Positions 1 through 7,511 of a stretch of 24,000 nucleotides of DNA are shown here, one piece after another. The notes below the pieces were generated by a model. That model did no database searches. It saw nothing but the letters and a program-made list of their open reading frames with translations, and had not been told where the DNA came from. This DNA is from Nitrososphaerota archaeon (lineage in GTDB: Archaea; Thermoproteota; Nitrososphaeria_A; Caldarchaeales; Caldarchaeaceae), in contig JAWAEB010000014.1 in NCBI GenBank assembly GCA_038891515.1, forward strand, positions 1-24,000. Direction: 5' to 3'. Positions within the stretch are counted from its first letter, which is position 1, and each line of letters begins with the position of its first letter. The position numbers and the translations under genes were made by a program.

Positions 1-528
1 ATCATAACTAGCGTGGAGGCCAAGAGGGTTGGTTACGTGCCACAGCAGATAGGCTTGGTCAAGAACCTAACCGCCCTTCAGAATGTACTACTAGGCTCCC
101 TAGGCCGCCCAGCCGGTCCCAGCCGAATCTTAGGAATGTTCGGTAAAGATGAGGTGAGAAGAGCCCATGAGCTTCTCGACGAATTGGGGGTAGGACACTT
201 GGCAGAGAGGAAGGCGGCACTGCTGAGCGGTGGTGAGAGGCAAAGGGTTGCTGTGGCGAGGGCCCTCATGCAGTCACCATCGCTTCTTCTAGCTGATGAA
301 TTTGTTTCCGACCTTGATGTTGTCAACGCAATGGAGATTATGAGGATAACAAGCGATATGTGCAGGCGGAAGAATGTTAGTGTGCTCATGACTATGCATG
401 ACGCGTTTCTCGTGAGAGACTTTGCTGACAGGGCTGTTCTGATCGGGTGGGGAAGGGTGATAAAGGATATTCCAGCCAAGCAGCTGGAACCTAACAGTTT
501 AGCATCACTTTTGACAGGGGATGTGTAG
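1..528 (+). CDS. phnC: ABC transporter ATP-binding protein, PhnC-like, 5' truncated by window edge
   Basis: Frame is open from base 1 (IITSVEAKRVGYVPQQ). It has a Q-loop-like VPQQIGLVKNLT, signature LSGGERQRVAVARAL, Walker B-like SLLLADE and H-loop MTMHD. Walker A lies outside the window. The track start at 13 (GTG) is internal. Confidence 0.88.
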   Translation: MITSVEAKRVGYVPQQIGLVKNLTALQNVLLGSLGRPAGPSRILGMFGKDEVRRAHELLDELGVGHLAERKAALLSGGERQRVAVARALMQSPSLLLADEFVSDLDVVNAMEIMRITSDMCRRKNVSVLMTMHDAFLVRDFADRAVLIGWGRVIKDIPAKQLEPNSLASLLTGDV

Positions 529-533
529 ACGGG

Positions 534-1340
534 ATGGACAGGCTCGGAAGATACATCGGAGGTTCTCTCATTATCCTCGCCCTAATCTATTCAGCACATC
601 AGGTTGGACTAACGGACTTGCCACGTCTTTTGAGGGGAGCGTATAATATAGGACAGCTCGTCTCGGAGGTCTTCCCACCGAATCTTGAGGTTTTGCCAGA
701 AACATTATCTGCCTTGACTGAGACGGTCCAAATGGCATTCTTGGGCACCTTCTTGGGTTTCATATTCTCGCTACCGCTATGCACACTCGGCCTCAGAACC
801 ATGTTTCCCCCATCCATCACAACACCTGTTAGGATTATTATGGGAGCTGTTAGAACAATACCAGCCCTCTTCTGGGCGGTCATCTATGTGATAGCTGTGG
901 GACTAGGCCCGCTCGCAGGCACCTTAGCAATTTCAACTTATACACTTGGCTACCTGTCCAAGATATACTATGAAGCATTCGAGGCAGTGGACAATGAGGT
1001 CTTGGACGCCTTACGATGCGCCGGAGCCTCTCGCCCATCCCTAATACGCTTCGCAGTAATTCCCGAGTCGATGAACACAGTTGTAAGCCAACTACTTTTC
1101 ATGCTCGAGTATAATGTGAGGTCCTCAACTATACTGGGTTTTGTGGGAGCCGGCGGGGTCGGATTCCTTATGATCAGCTACATTGAGAGACTTCAATATC
1201 AACGCCTGACCACAGTGATAGCACTCACACTCTTAGTAGTGATTACCATTGACTTGGTAAGCTCAACTGTGAGGAGGCGGTTCCTCCCCCCACTGAGGCT
1301 GGCACCAACTAAGGCGCGGACAACTAATAGAGAGGCATAA
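534..1340 (+). CDS. phnE: ABC transporter permease, PhnE-like (phosphonate/phosphite-type)
   Basis: 268 aa, multiple hydrophobic segments, permease EAA-like loop EAFEAVDNEVLDALRCAGASRPSLIRFAVIPES, starts 5 nt after the phnC stop. Confidence 0.87.
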   Translation: MDRLGRYIGGSLIILALIYSAHQVGLTDLPRLLRGAYNIGQLVSEVFPPNLEVLPETLSALTETVQMAFLGTFLGFIFSLPLCTLGLRTMFPPSITTPVRIIMGAVRTIPALFWAVIYVIAVGLGPLAGTLAISTYTLGYLSKIYYEAFEAVDNEVLDALRCAGASRPSLIRFAVIPESMNTVVSQLLFMLEYNVRSSTILGFVGAGGVGFLMISYIERLQYQRLTTVIALTLLVVITIDLVSSTVRRRFLPPLRLAPTKARTTNREA

Positions 1341-1726
1341 GACCAAAGACAGAGAATTCATCGACGAATTCCCCAGCTGTCGGGGAGGGGTTCTGAATAA
1401 TAGCCCACTTCGGCCACAACGAGATAAGACGGAAAGTTCTATGTAAGTATTAGTTCCAAGACCCTATACGATCTGCTTCAAAGACTAGTAGACATCGATA
1501 AAATAAGATGGTTTGTAGAGCATTGCGACGAGTGTATGGGGAGAATGCTGTTAGTGAGGCTGGGGATGATTGTATGTTATAATTCGGATGATCGACTGCT
1601 CTAATACGTAGAACATCTTACCCAGTAATTAAAACTACAGGCCCACATCCACACATGAAAAAGGGGACTAGGTTCTTCGATAGAAAGATAGGCAAGTGGT
1701 AAGAAACCGAGAAAGATGCATACTAT

Positions 1727-2233
1727 CTACATGTAGCAGCCGATATCCTGCTGGATTTCTACAAACTCATCTGTGTAACTATTGAGCGGAAGCAGCGACG
1801 GCTGGGTCGGATAGCTAAAAACTGCCGACCCACCAACCCACCTTACAATTACCAAATCTACATGGTATTTGCCAGACTTTGGGCCGGGGGAGAATCGAAC
1901 TCCCGATCTCCACCTTGTTTGTGTATGTAATATGGTATATATGACGTTAGATTTAGATGTGATTTTGTTTTTCTTTTTTCTCGGCTTCTTTCTTAATACT
2001 CTGTTGCGGTTGGGGCATTTATCTCTGTTGGGGAAGGTTTGACGGCATTTGCTACAATACCATCCTCCCCTGTCATATTGGGGCTGACTGCCTGATGGAA
2101 TAAATGGGGGCTCCTCATGTTCTTTATAGCTGAAGTATGGTATTCCGTCTTCAACCCATAGGGCTATTCTGACCTCTCTCCAGTTGTTAGCCTCTAAATG
2201 GAGCAGGCATTTATACATATTTGGTATTCTCAA
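1727..2233 (-). other. Open frame with Cys-containing and strongly basic stretch; unlikely intact gene, runs through the tRNA fragment
   Basis: Reverse complement at 2233 gives TTG AGA ATA CCA (M R I P N M Y K C). The supplied track labels it +, but the sequence places it on -. It contains WYCSKCRQTFPNRDKCPNRNRVLRKKPRKKKNKI. Confidence 0.25.
1880..1916 (-). tRNA. 3' fragment of a tRNA (anticodon-stem 3' side, variable loop, T-arm, acceptor 3' strand); no 5' half found
   Basis: Minus strand reads AAGGTGG-AGATC-GGGAG-TTCGATT-CTCCC-CCGGCCC-A. The T-stem pairs perfectly (GGGAG/CTCCC) around a consensus TTCGATT loop. No matching GGGCCGG 5' half is seen on this strand nearby. Confidence 0.8.
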
Positions 2234-2555
2234 TGGCTGTGGCTATCTCCTCAATACTCTTGACCGTCTTTATGTTGTTGTGGAATCTTCTGGTCCTGTC
2301 TTTAAGCTTCCTAAACCACCTCTCTATCCTACTCCTCCCTCCAAATGTTTCATGGAGGTATTCTATTCCAAGCCTCTCCAAAGCCCATTGATACCACGGG
2401 CCTCTATCTACTACTATAACTGGCTTACCATCACATACTTCTAGGACCCCCATGAGGAATGTCAACGCGTTTAGGATACTAACACTCTCCCTAGAAGCAT
2501 AGGTTAGACAATACCTCCCACTAACATCCCTAAGCCAATAAGCCTTCTGTAATAA
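2211..2555 (-). pseudogene. C-terminal remnant of an IS6/IS240-like DDE transposase
   Basis: The frame is open upstream of the track start: LLQKAYWLRDVSGRYCLTYASRESVSILNALTFLMGVLEVCDGKPVIVVDRGPWYQWALERLGIEYLHETFGGRSRIERWFRKLKDRTRRFHNNI. The second D (VVDRGPWY) and the E (RIERWF) are present. The first D region is missing and a stop (TAA) lies at 2556-2558. Confidence 0.82.
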
Positions 2556-2732
2556 TTATGGAACCTGAAAAGCCTACCCATACAGCCTACAAGATAATCA
2601 AATACATGCATGACACCACAAGAAATAACCAGACCATAAGCCTACTGGAAAAGCTTAAGTTGACAGTGCCTCTCGAGGGGCTCAAGTTAAGGTCACCCAT
2701 GTCCTTATCCGCTTCTCCGATATCTTCGGCCT

Positions 2733-3300
2733 GTGTGTTGGGAAGGATGTGTTGAACTGTCTTATCCTCCTTCCGAATGTCTTTCTGCTGTCTTGAAGAA
2801 GGACCCGCCTAAACCCAGATGGTCAAGTAGACGATTCGTCGTTGAACTGCGGTGTAAAGTCCTCTATGAGTTGTTGAGGAAGCCTTTAGATATTGAGAGA
2901 TTAAGGCGTTTCGTAGAGTATTCCGCAGAATGTAAATCGGCTTTCCTTAGAGGGTTCTTCGACAGCGAGGGAAGCGTATACAAAACCGGAGAAATACTGG
3001 TCTACAACACCGACTTAGGATTGCTTAAATTCGTCAAACTTCTGCTATCTTCTCTGGGGGTAGAGACGAATGGGCCACGGCTTAACATGAAACGTGGGAC
3101 ACCCTTCATAGACCCAAGGGGCAAAACCTACTATACAAAGAAAGATTACTACTGTCTCTACGTCCCATCTGACCATCGGCTGAACTTCTACCAACACATA
3201 GGACTTACGATAAAAAGAAAACAACAACGACTGGAAGACTTCCTTATAAGAACTGGACGACTGAAGCCTCCAGCCAAACCTCCCCTATTTTTTCCTAACT
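2733..3300 (+). pseudogene. LAGLIDADG homing endonuclease remnant (second motif half only)
   Basis: FVEYSAECKSAFLRGFFDSEGSVYKTG matches a LAGLIDADG second helix. It is followed by LLSSLGVETNGPRL...YYCLYVPSDHRLNFYQHIGLTIKRKQQRLEDFL. No first LAGLIDADG motif found in upstream frames. The annotated ORF tail to 3422 is only antisense tRNA read-through. Confidence 0.75.
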
Positions 3301-3322
3301 ATATCATGACTTTATATATCTT

Positions 3323-3395
3323 GCGGCCGCCGGGATTTGAACCCGGGATCCCCAGCGTGGCAGGCTGGTGTCATACCAGGCTAGACCACGGCCGC
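3323..3395 (-). tRNA. tRNA-Gly(GCC)
   Basis: GCGGCCG-TG-GTC..GAC-A-CCAGC-CTGCCAC-GCTGG-GGATC-CCGGG-TTCAAAT-CCCGG-CGGCCGC. All stems pair and the anticodon is GCC. No encoded CCA or intron. Confidence 0.96.
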
Positions 3396-3422
3396 TTGGT
3401 TGTTGTATTTCTTGGTCTTTAA

Positions 3423-4970
3423 TTACGTTTTTCTGAGGTATCTGCCGTCTGGGTCTCTGGTTATGAGTTCCTTTTCTCTAATGTGTGTCCATGCTTTTAG
3501 AAACTCTCTGTAGGTTTTCCCGGTGTATTTCAGTGCTATCTCGCTGAAGTATCGTGGTTGGCTCAGCATTTCAAGCAGTTTCTCCGAGTTTATGTGATCT
3601 TGCTGGATGGTTTGGACGGGTTTGGGTGGGAGGCAGGGCATGAAACGCTGTCTAGTCCTATCCAGTGGTATCGTGGCATCAAACCCCATCTTGGATGTGC
3701 TGACAGGCGGCATCTCTGAGGGGAGGGACGGATCGAGTGGTATAGCCTTAAGGTCTTCCAGTATGAGGACGTCCTCTGAGGGTTGGGCTCTGTAGGTCAT
3801 GGCCCATATAACAGCCTCGTCATCGTAGATGTCTATATCCTCATCCACCACTACGGCATATTTGGGGAACGCTTGCCTAGATGCGGTTAGGAGTAGGTAG
3901 AGGGCGTTTTTGGAGTCGCCCTTGGCCCTAGGCCTTATGCTGGCTATTGCCCACATGCCACAGCTACCGGGGTGGAGGCGTATATCCCTCACATCTATCC
4001 CGGCCTGTCGCAAAGACCTGTTAAGGTCCAGCTCTATTATTGGAAAGAGAAGGTGTAAGTCTGTCCAGCCCGGCCGCCTGCCACCATGTGTGGCTGTCAG
4101 GAATATTGGGTTACGCCTATGGGTTATCGCCCTAACCTTCAGGATAGGGTTCATCTTCATACCGCCATAGGTTCCTGTGAACTCGCCGTACGGGCCCTCG
4201 TCCTTAACCCAGCCGATGGGCGGCATCTCACATTCGAGGACTATCTCAGCGTTGGCTGGCACGTATAGGTCCATGGTCTCACACTTGACCAGTTCAACAG
4301 GCTCGCCACGAATTCCCCCCAAAACCTCATACTCGTCTACATCATAGGGTGACGATATCTCTGCTCCGAGAAGGTCTATCGTGGGCAGTCCTATTACGAC
4401 TGCCACCTCCAGCGTTCTTCCCATCTCCATTGCTCTCTGGTAGTATGTCCTAAGCTTGTGGGGTGCTGTGACATCCACACCTGTTTCACGACTTGTTCTC
4501 AGCATCATTCGGTATATTCCCATGTTGTATACTGCGTGGTCTGGGTCCCTCGCTATTGCTACTGAAGCCGTTATGTAAGGTGCCGCATCCAACTCATGTT
4601 GTAGGTGTAGCGGAAATATTGTAAGGTCAACTTCTTCGCCGATCTTCACTACCTCTTTACACGGTGCGTTAAAGACTTCTACAGGCGGTATCCGTCTCTG
4701 AGTCCTTCTCTCAAGCTCCTGTACTACTCTCTTCTCCTCAACACCGAGTGCTAGGGCTATCATTTTTCTATTTGACGCAGTGTTGGCAGCTAGGGGCATG
4801 TCGTATCCTTCGATTTTTTCGATGAGTGTAGCCTTGGTGTAATTCTCAGATATTATCTCAGCGACTTGGTGTATTGATACTTCGCTATGGACATGATGCA
4901 GAAGGCTGTTCTCCTCTAATGTCTTAAGCCACTCTCCAAGTGTTACGGCCAAGCTAGGTTTACCGGGCAA
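3423..4970 (-). CDS. UbiD-family decarboxylase
   Basis: 515 aa with UbiD hallmarks: VKDEGPYGEFTGTYGGMKMNPILKV, HGGRRPGWTD and KYAVVVDEDIDIYD. TTG start follows GGAGAT. Confidence 0.9.
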   Translation of the reverse strand: MPGKPSLAVTLGEWLKTLEENSLLHHVHSEVSIHQVAEIISENYTKATLIEKIEGYDMPLAANTASNRKMIALALGVEEKRVVQELERRTQRRIPPVEVFNAPCKEVVKIGEEVDLTIFPLHLQHELDAAPYITASVAIARDPDHAVYNMGIYRMMLRTSRETGVDVTAPHKLRTYYQRAMEMGRTLEVAVVIGLPTIDLLGAEISSPYDVDEYEVLGGIRGEPVELVKCETMDLYVPANAEIVLECEMPPIGWVKDEGPYGEFTGTYGGMKMNPILKVRAITHRRNPIFLTATHGGRRPGWTDLHLLFPIIELDLNRSLRQAGIDVRDIRLHPGSCGMWAIASIRPRAKGDSKNALYLLLTASRQAFPKYAVVVDEDIDIYDDEAVIWAMTYRAQPSEDVLILEDLKAIPLDPSLPSEMPPVSTSKMGFDATIPLDRTRQRFMPCLPPKPVQTIQQDHINSEKLLEMLSQPRYFSEIALKYTGKTYREFLKAWTHIREKELITRDPDGRYLRKT

Positions 4971-4989
4971 GATCTCCCATATATATTGT

Positions 4990-6390
4990 TTACAGCTTTA
5001 TCCAGCTTCCCCGGCTCATGATGCCCGGCATCTTAACAACCCTGACTCTCCGTATGAGACGACCCTTCTCCTCGGTTACTTGAAGTTCTAGGACTCCGTG
5101 GAATAGCTCTTGGATGAGTGCGGAGAAGACTGGTGTGATGGAGTCGGGGTTGATGGTTGCTATAAAGCCGGTGCCCGAGTGGGATGTCTTAGCCGCTATT
5201 GTTCTGATAAATTTCAACATTCTCTCTGGACCGGACTCCTCTGCTATGCCTGTCAACGAGTCTATTTGGAGGAGTTTTTTGTATCCTTGGAGTTGGTTAA
5301 GGGCGCTCGTTATGTTGATGCTCAAGTCCGTTAGATCTCTTGTAGTCGTGAACCGCTCCTTGGGTGTTATGCCGGCCAATTGGATGTACCCCTCCACCAG
5401 TATGAGCTTGTTTTGGCTCTCGTATTCCTCGCATCTTATCCCACTCGTGCCGGCTAATCTTCTTACACTTCTAGCATCATAGTCAAGGCATAGCTGGGCG
5501 ACTGAAATGTCTTCCTCTAAGCTGCGGCATAATATTCTGTTGATTATCGATGTTTTTCCCGAGCCTGAAGGGCCCATGATGAGTATATTAGATGGGAAGG
5601 GTATGCCACCCCCAAGTTCCCTGTCAATCCATGCCACACCTGTTCTGATCAAATCTAACTGGGCCGGCCTAGCTCTAGATGGCATCTCTCTAACGGTTAT
5701 GTTGAGAGATGCGTATAGTGCTGCAGCACCTGCCACAACCCCCATGAGTGGGGCTACTCCTCTCCAAATGCTGAATTCTTCCAAGGTGAAGACGCCGTAA
5801 AGGTAGTTGGATGCCACGTAGAGATAGAGAAAGGATACCAAGGCGTAGAGCAGGGAGCTGAACAGGGATAGGAGACCGCTGCCGACACCAATAAACTTCT
5901 CGAACCTTGAGAGTAGGGTGGCCGAGTAGGAGAGTATGAACCAGAAGACGAATCCCTGATATAGCGTTTGGGTTGGGAATGGCTCTTGTATTATGGGGGT
6001 GTGTCCGATGGATCTATGGATCGCTAGTGCAATGGCTGGCGTCAGAGCTGTGATGGTTATGTAGAACTTTGCAGCTTGGTGGGTTGGCACTCCTGACTGA
6101 ACTAGGATATTAGTCATACCCAGCGCAGCTGTGACTGAAATCACTGCTCGGGAAAGCGTGCTGTAGTAGATAGTGAGTGGGCCGGGTGGGATGTATCCTA
6201 GACGCTCCGCTATGATGGTTGCCGCATGTGCTAGGAGACCTATAAGACCCACTGGAAATATCCACCACCTAGTTTTCAGTCCCGTTGCACCGCCCAGCCG
6301 TTTGATGAGACGCATCAGCAGTAGGAATGGGAGTATGGCACTCAAGCTTATGGCCAAGTCGCCCAACAGGAGGAAGTCTATGCCGAGCAT
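4990..6390 (-). CDS. Membrane protein with N-terminal multi-TM domain fused to a KaiC/RAD55-like RecA-fold ATPase
   Basis: The N-terminal about 230 aa is strongly hydrophobic with several TM-length segments. Then IDRELGGGIPFPSNILIMGPSGSGKTSIINRIL (Walker A) and LLQIDSLTGIAEESG (Walker B), with KaiC-like spacing. Confidence 0.85.
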   Translation of the reverse strand: MLGIDFLLLGDLAISLSAILPFLLLMRLIKRLGGATGLKTRWWIFPVGLIGLLAHAATIIAERLGYIPPGPLTIYYSTLSRAVISVTAALGMTNILVQSGVPTHQAAKFYITITALTPAIALAIHRSIGHTPIIQEPFPTQTLYQGFVFWFILSYSATLLSRFEKFIGVGSGLLSLFSSLLYALVSFLYLYVASNYLYGVFTLEEFSIWRGVAPLMGVVAGAAALYASLNITVREMPSRARPAQLDLIRTGVAWIDRELGGGIPFPSNILIMGPSGSGKTSIINRILCRSLEEDISVAQLCLDYDARSVRRLAGTSGIRCEEYESQNKLILVEGYIQLAGITPKERFTTTRDLTDLSINITSALNQLQGYKKLLQIDSLTGIAEESGPERMLKFIRTIAAKTSHSGTGFIATINPDSITPVFSALIQELFHGVLELQVTEEKGRLIRRVRVVKMPGIMSRGSWIKL

Positions 6391-6474
6391 ATTCCTAGTT
6401 GTGTATGTACCGCCTCCTATTATTTTGTTTGCTTTTCGGCTGTTATTAAAAAAGATTTTGATTCCTCTGGTGGG

Positions 6475-7155
6475 CTCTGTTAGCTTAAGCCATCTTCATC
6501 ACCCTTTTATGCTGTTCATCAGGCTTAGTGTATCTGGCTGGGTGAGTATGTGGATGAGGTTTAGCCATCTCCAGACATGCTCTAGAATGCATTCCCTCTT
6601 CCTGCATGGGAAATGGTCGTCGAAGCTTTCCGTCCTATCCTTGAGTGTCTGTATAGCCCTCTCCATAGCCATTCCCCAAACCTGTACCTACGATGGGTCA
6701 GCCCAAGCCTAGCGCATGCTTCACCGTACCATGGAGCCCCATCGGTCCAGACAGGATGCCTACCATAAGCCTCCACCAGCGTCCTAAGGAACATCTCAGC
6801 CTGTATGCCGTTCATAGCCAGAATCCAAGGGTTCTTTTGCTGAAAGGCTCTTAGGCAACCCAGACCCATGCCATGAGCCCTTTAACGATGACAGCCGTCT
6901 CATCCACAAGGAATAGGGATACCCTATATCTAGCCCTGAAGAACTTTCTGAATCCTGGGAGCCTCTGAACCCACTTCCAGACAGCCCTCATGACTCCTGC
7001 CGACGAAAGGCTTAAGAGCCCTAGAAGCACATCTAAAGCTCAGGCCTAGGGCTACGAGGTAAAGCCCGTAGAGGACCGCAGGTAAAGCCGTCCTCTGCCT
7101 AACAAACATGACAGAACAACCGCAGCCCTAGGCCAAAGGCCTTAAGTTAACAGAG
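6475..7155 (-). mobile_element. Degenerate small insertion sequence (681 bp), DDE transposase type, IS6/IS240-like
   Basis: Terminal inverted repeats CTCTGTTAGCTTAAG (6475-6489) and CTTAAGTTAACAGAG (7141-7155; RC CTCTGTTAACTTAAG), 14/15 identical. They enclose a broken transposase. Confidence 0.8.
6499..7109 (-). pseudogene. Frameshifted DDE transposase
   Basis: Pieces in different frames: MFVRQRTALPAVLYGLYLVALGLSFRCASRALKPFVGRSHE / AVWKWVQRLPGFRKFFRARYRVSLFLVDETAVIVKGLMAWVWVA* / AEMFLRTLVEAYGRHPVWTDGAPWYGEACARLGLTHRRYRFG / MAMERAIQTLKDRTESFDDHFPCRK...HVWRWLNLIH. All three DDE regions are recognisable. Confidence 0.83.
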
Positions 7156-7224
7156 CTAGGCCTATGGCCTGAGATGTAGCTCCCCCATTCATGCACGTCT
7201 TCGATTATATCGTTGATTGTATGT

Positions 7225-7320
7225 CTAGGCTCTTCAAGTTCCATAACTATATAAAGACAGTCAAGAGTATTGAGGAGATAGCCACAGCCATAGCCATCAC
7301 AAACAACACACTACTCAAAA
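7225..7320 (+). mobile_element. Scrap of the same transposase family as the 2211-2555 remnant
   Basis: The + frame reads RLFKFHNYIKTVKSIEEIATAI, against RRFHNNIKTVKSIEEIATAI in the first remnant. An exact 32-nt inverted match exists between 7260-7291 and 2233-2264. Confidence 0.75.
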
Positions 7321-7449
7321 CCAAGACAGAAGGGGGCGTAATACCTGGTTGACAGTACCTAGTGCGGTAGTGTCCTGAAAACGCTTTGAATATTCCAAGC
7401 TTTGGGCAGGAGGTTCCGCTGTAAAGGAAAAGCCCATCCAATCCTCAAG

Positions 7450-7481
7450 CATCCTCATTATCCGGACACTATATGAGGATG
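7450..7481. promoter_or_regulatory. Inverted repeat overlapping a putative TATA element upstream of the CitG-like gene
   Basis: CATCCTCAT-TATCCGGACACTAT-ATGAGGATG has perfect 9-bp arms and a 14-nt spacer. ACTATATG sits about 37-44 nt upstream of the GTG start at 7512. Confidence 0.4.
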
Positions 7482-7511
7482 GCATACTAATGAGGAGGTT
7501 GGTTTTGGCCT

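Noticed and set aside
1353-1395. Short inverted repeats after phnE (GAATTC-ATCGAC-GAATTC; CCCC-AGCTGT-CGGGG) as a terminator
   Set aside because: The arms are very short, there is no following T tract, and GAATTC is self-palindromic. Not enough to call a structure.
3303-3422. C-terminal extension of the 2733-3422 ORF (LRPPGFEPGIPSVAGWCHTRLDHGR...)
   Set aside because: This is antisense translation of the tRNA-Gly gene. PPGFEPG-type strings are a typical artefact of tRNA T-arms.
6173-6712. 179-aa + strand ORF
   Set aside because: Antisense to the start of the KaiC-like gene and the dead IS. No family-like features, and better coding evidence on the other strand.
6582-6869. 95-aa ORF as an independent gene
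   Set aside because: It is one frame of the broken transposase. Its last residues (LYRHSRIGRKASTTISHAG) are out-of-frame translation of AMERAIQTLKDRTESFDDHFP.
7247-7441. 64-aa minus ORF with a hydrophobic tail
   Set aside because: Reads antisense through the transposase scrap at 7225-7320. The hydrophobic end is the complement of KTVKSIEEIATAI coding sequence.
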